The position numbers were made by a program, and so were the translations under genes. Shown piece after piece: positions 62,412 to 64,000 of a DNA stretch of 64,000 nt. Location of the stretch: the NCBI RefSeq assembly GCF_001447785.1, contig NW_015172563.1:1-64000 (forward strand), written 5' to 3'. This DNA is from Gekko japonicus (lineage: Eukaryota). The stretch's first letter is position 1. Every line of letters starts with the position of its first letter. The notes beneath the pieces are model-generated. The model ran no database searches, was not told the DNA's origin, and was given only the letters and a program-made list of their open reading frames with translations.

Positions 62412-63063
62412 NNNNNNNNNNNNNNNNNNNNNNNNNNNNNNNNNNNNNNNNNNNNNNNNNNNNNNNNNNNNNNNNNNNNNNNNNNNNNNNNNNNNNNNNN
62501 NNNNNNNNNNNNNNNNNNNNNNNNNNNNNNNNNNNNNNNNNNNNNNNNNNNNNNNNNNNNNNNNNNNNNNNNNNNNNNNNNNNNNNNNNNNNNNNNNNNN
62601 NNNNNNNNNNNNNNNNNNNNNNNATAAGAATTTGGGGGAAAAGAGTCATGAAAGAGGACTGTTTTTCATTCTGGAAAAATTAATTTCCTGGCTACAGTGC
62701 CAACCATCCTCACCTCCACCCCCTACACAAAAATCTGTTCCTTGGAGACGGAGAACAGACACATCCCTACCACCCCCAGCAGGGTTGCTAACTTTTTACA
62801 TGTTTGAAGAGGGACACTGACACCGAGAAATGGAAGAACAGAATGTATTCTGCACATCCTTAGAGACACTCTTCTGTTTTATTCTTACTTGGACATATGC
62901 TAGAGCTGAGCCTTGGCACTGAAAACAAGTCCCAAGGCTGAAATTACACCCTATCTCATTCTCCCTGGGACATGTTTTGTGGTAGGGAGGATACACTTCA
63001 CAGGCGTCCTAACCTCTCCCAGGGGAGAAATCTTGGCAGCCATTGAAGGTATCTACGACATAA

Positions 63064-63366
63064 TCAGCCAATCCTAAAAGAAATCAACCCTGACTGTTCC
63101 CTGGAAGGCCAGATAATGAAACTGAAGCTCAAATACTTTGGCCACCAAATGAGAAGGGAGCACTCACTGGAGAAGACCCTGATGCTGGGAAAGATTGAAG
63201 GTCAAGAAGACCGAGACGGCAAAGGATGAGATGGTTAGACAGTGTCATCGATGCAACTGAACATGAAAGTGAGTCAACTTCAGAGGACGACGGAAGACAG
63301 GAGGGCCTGGCGGGAGCTGGTCCATGGGGTCGTGAAGAGTCAGACTCACTGTGCGACTGAACAACA
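63064..63366 (+). mobile_element. BovB (RTE) LINE 3' fragment
   Basis: KLKLKYFGH.MRR..SLEKTLMLGKIEG; CTGAACAACAAC tail; TSD ACGACATAA. Confidence 0.92.
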
Positions 63367-63399
63367 ACGACATAACACACTGCTAGAAGTGAACCTAGC

Positions 63400-64000
63400 T
63401 ACATACGCTGTGGCTCGCCGTCTTCCCGCTTCTCACATCCCACCCCATTTTCTCTCCGCCTTCTGGAAACTCCTCCCATTTTACCCATCTCTTCTCTCCA
63501 ACGCTCGGCCAGCTGTCCGGAAAGCAGCATGAAGACGTGAGGGGGGCGTTTACAAGCCAGTTTCTCATTGCAAGGAGTGACGCGACGAAAGGGAGGCAGA
63601 GGAGAGCAAAAGAGGCGAAGCCCCGAATGAACCCCGGGAAAACACAATGGCTCAGGCTTTTGTCCCTGGAAAAATACAGCCTGCATTCTTTTCGGGGAGG
63701 GGGAATCCAGCTTTGGCTTCTCCCGCCCGTTAGCGGGAGGAGCTGGTCCTGGTGCTTGTGGGACGTGCTCTTCTCTGAGAGGGAACCGATGAGCCAGAGT
63801 TTCCTTCGTCCTCCGCCCTCTGGCGCTTGGGGTCCTGCCGCTCCTGCTTTAGTTCACAGCACATCGATTTGGAACTCGTGTCGGCCAAAAGAAGAACTCC
63901 GAATTTGTTAGTCCTTTCTTGGCCAGGCGGATCACAGAACGGTACAGGAGTGTCTGATCTCCCAAGGGGTTCTCTTCCCCCTCCCTCGATGTAAAACTGC
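63400..64000. promoter_or_regulatory. CpG-rich region, possible CpG-island edge
   Basis: Visibly higher CpG density with no recognisable repeat; GC-box-like motifs; truncated by the window end. Confidence 0.45.

Overview
Eukaryotic, repeat-dense draft-assembly sequence with five N gaps. It is almost certainly squamate and probably gecko, judging by Sauria SINEs, Squam3-like SINEs, BovB, R4/Dong, L2, L1, Penelope, Gypsy, DIRS/Ngaro and hAT/Harbinger MITEs. No recognisable host protein-coding gene is present; nearly every long ORF is transposon-derived or an artefact of N runs or low complexity. The main result is a set of three short, TSD-flanked L1-type elements that keep both ends and show no ORF2. 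One has an intact ORF1 (45129-47165, HAL1-like). One is a doubly deleted ~0.7 kb relative (11776-12472). One is a divergent ~1.5 kb element with unrelated internal sequence (59072-60558). All three share a 5' GATGG(C/T)GG motif and a stem-loop just before the poly(A). Other observations: 5'-inverted (twin-priming-like) insertions of a non-L1 LINE and of a Sauria SINE, two cases of a triplicated target site, a Penelope hammerhead ribozyme, adjacent DIRS1 and Ngaro (SGNH) relics, a candidate spliced unit with a split signal peptide (57.7-61.2 kb), a WAP-like candidate exon and a CpG-rich right end. Several near-identical duplications lie next to gaps and are probably assembly artefacts. All family assignments come from motif recognition by eye; no searches were run.
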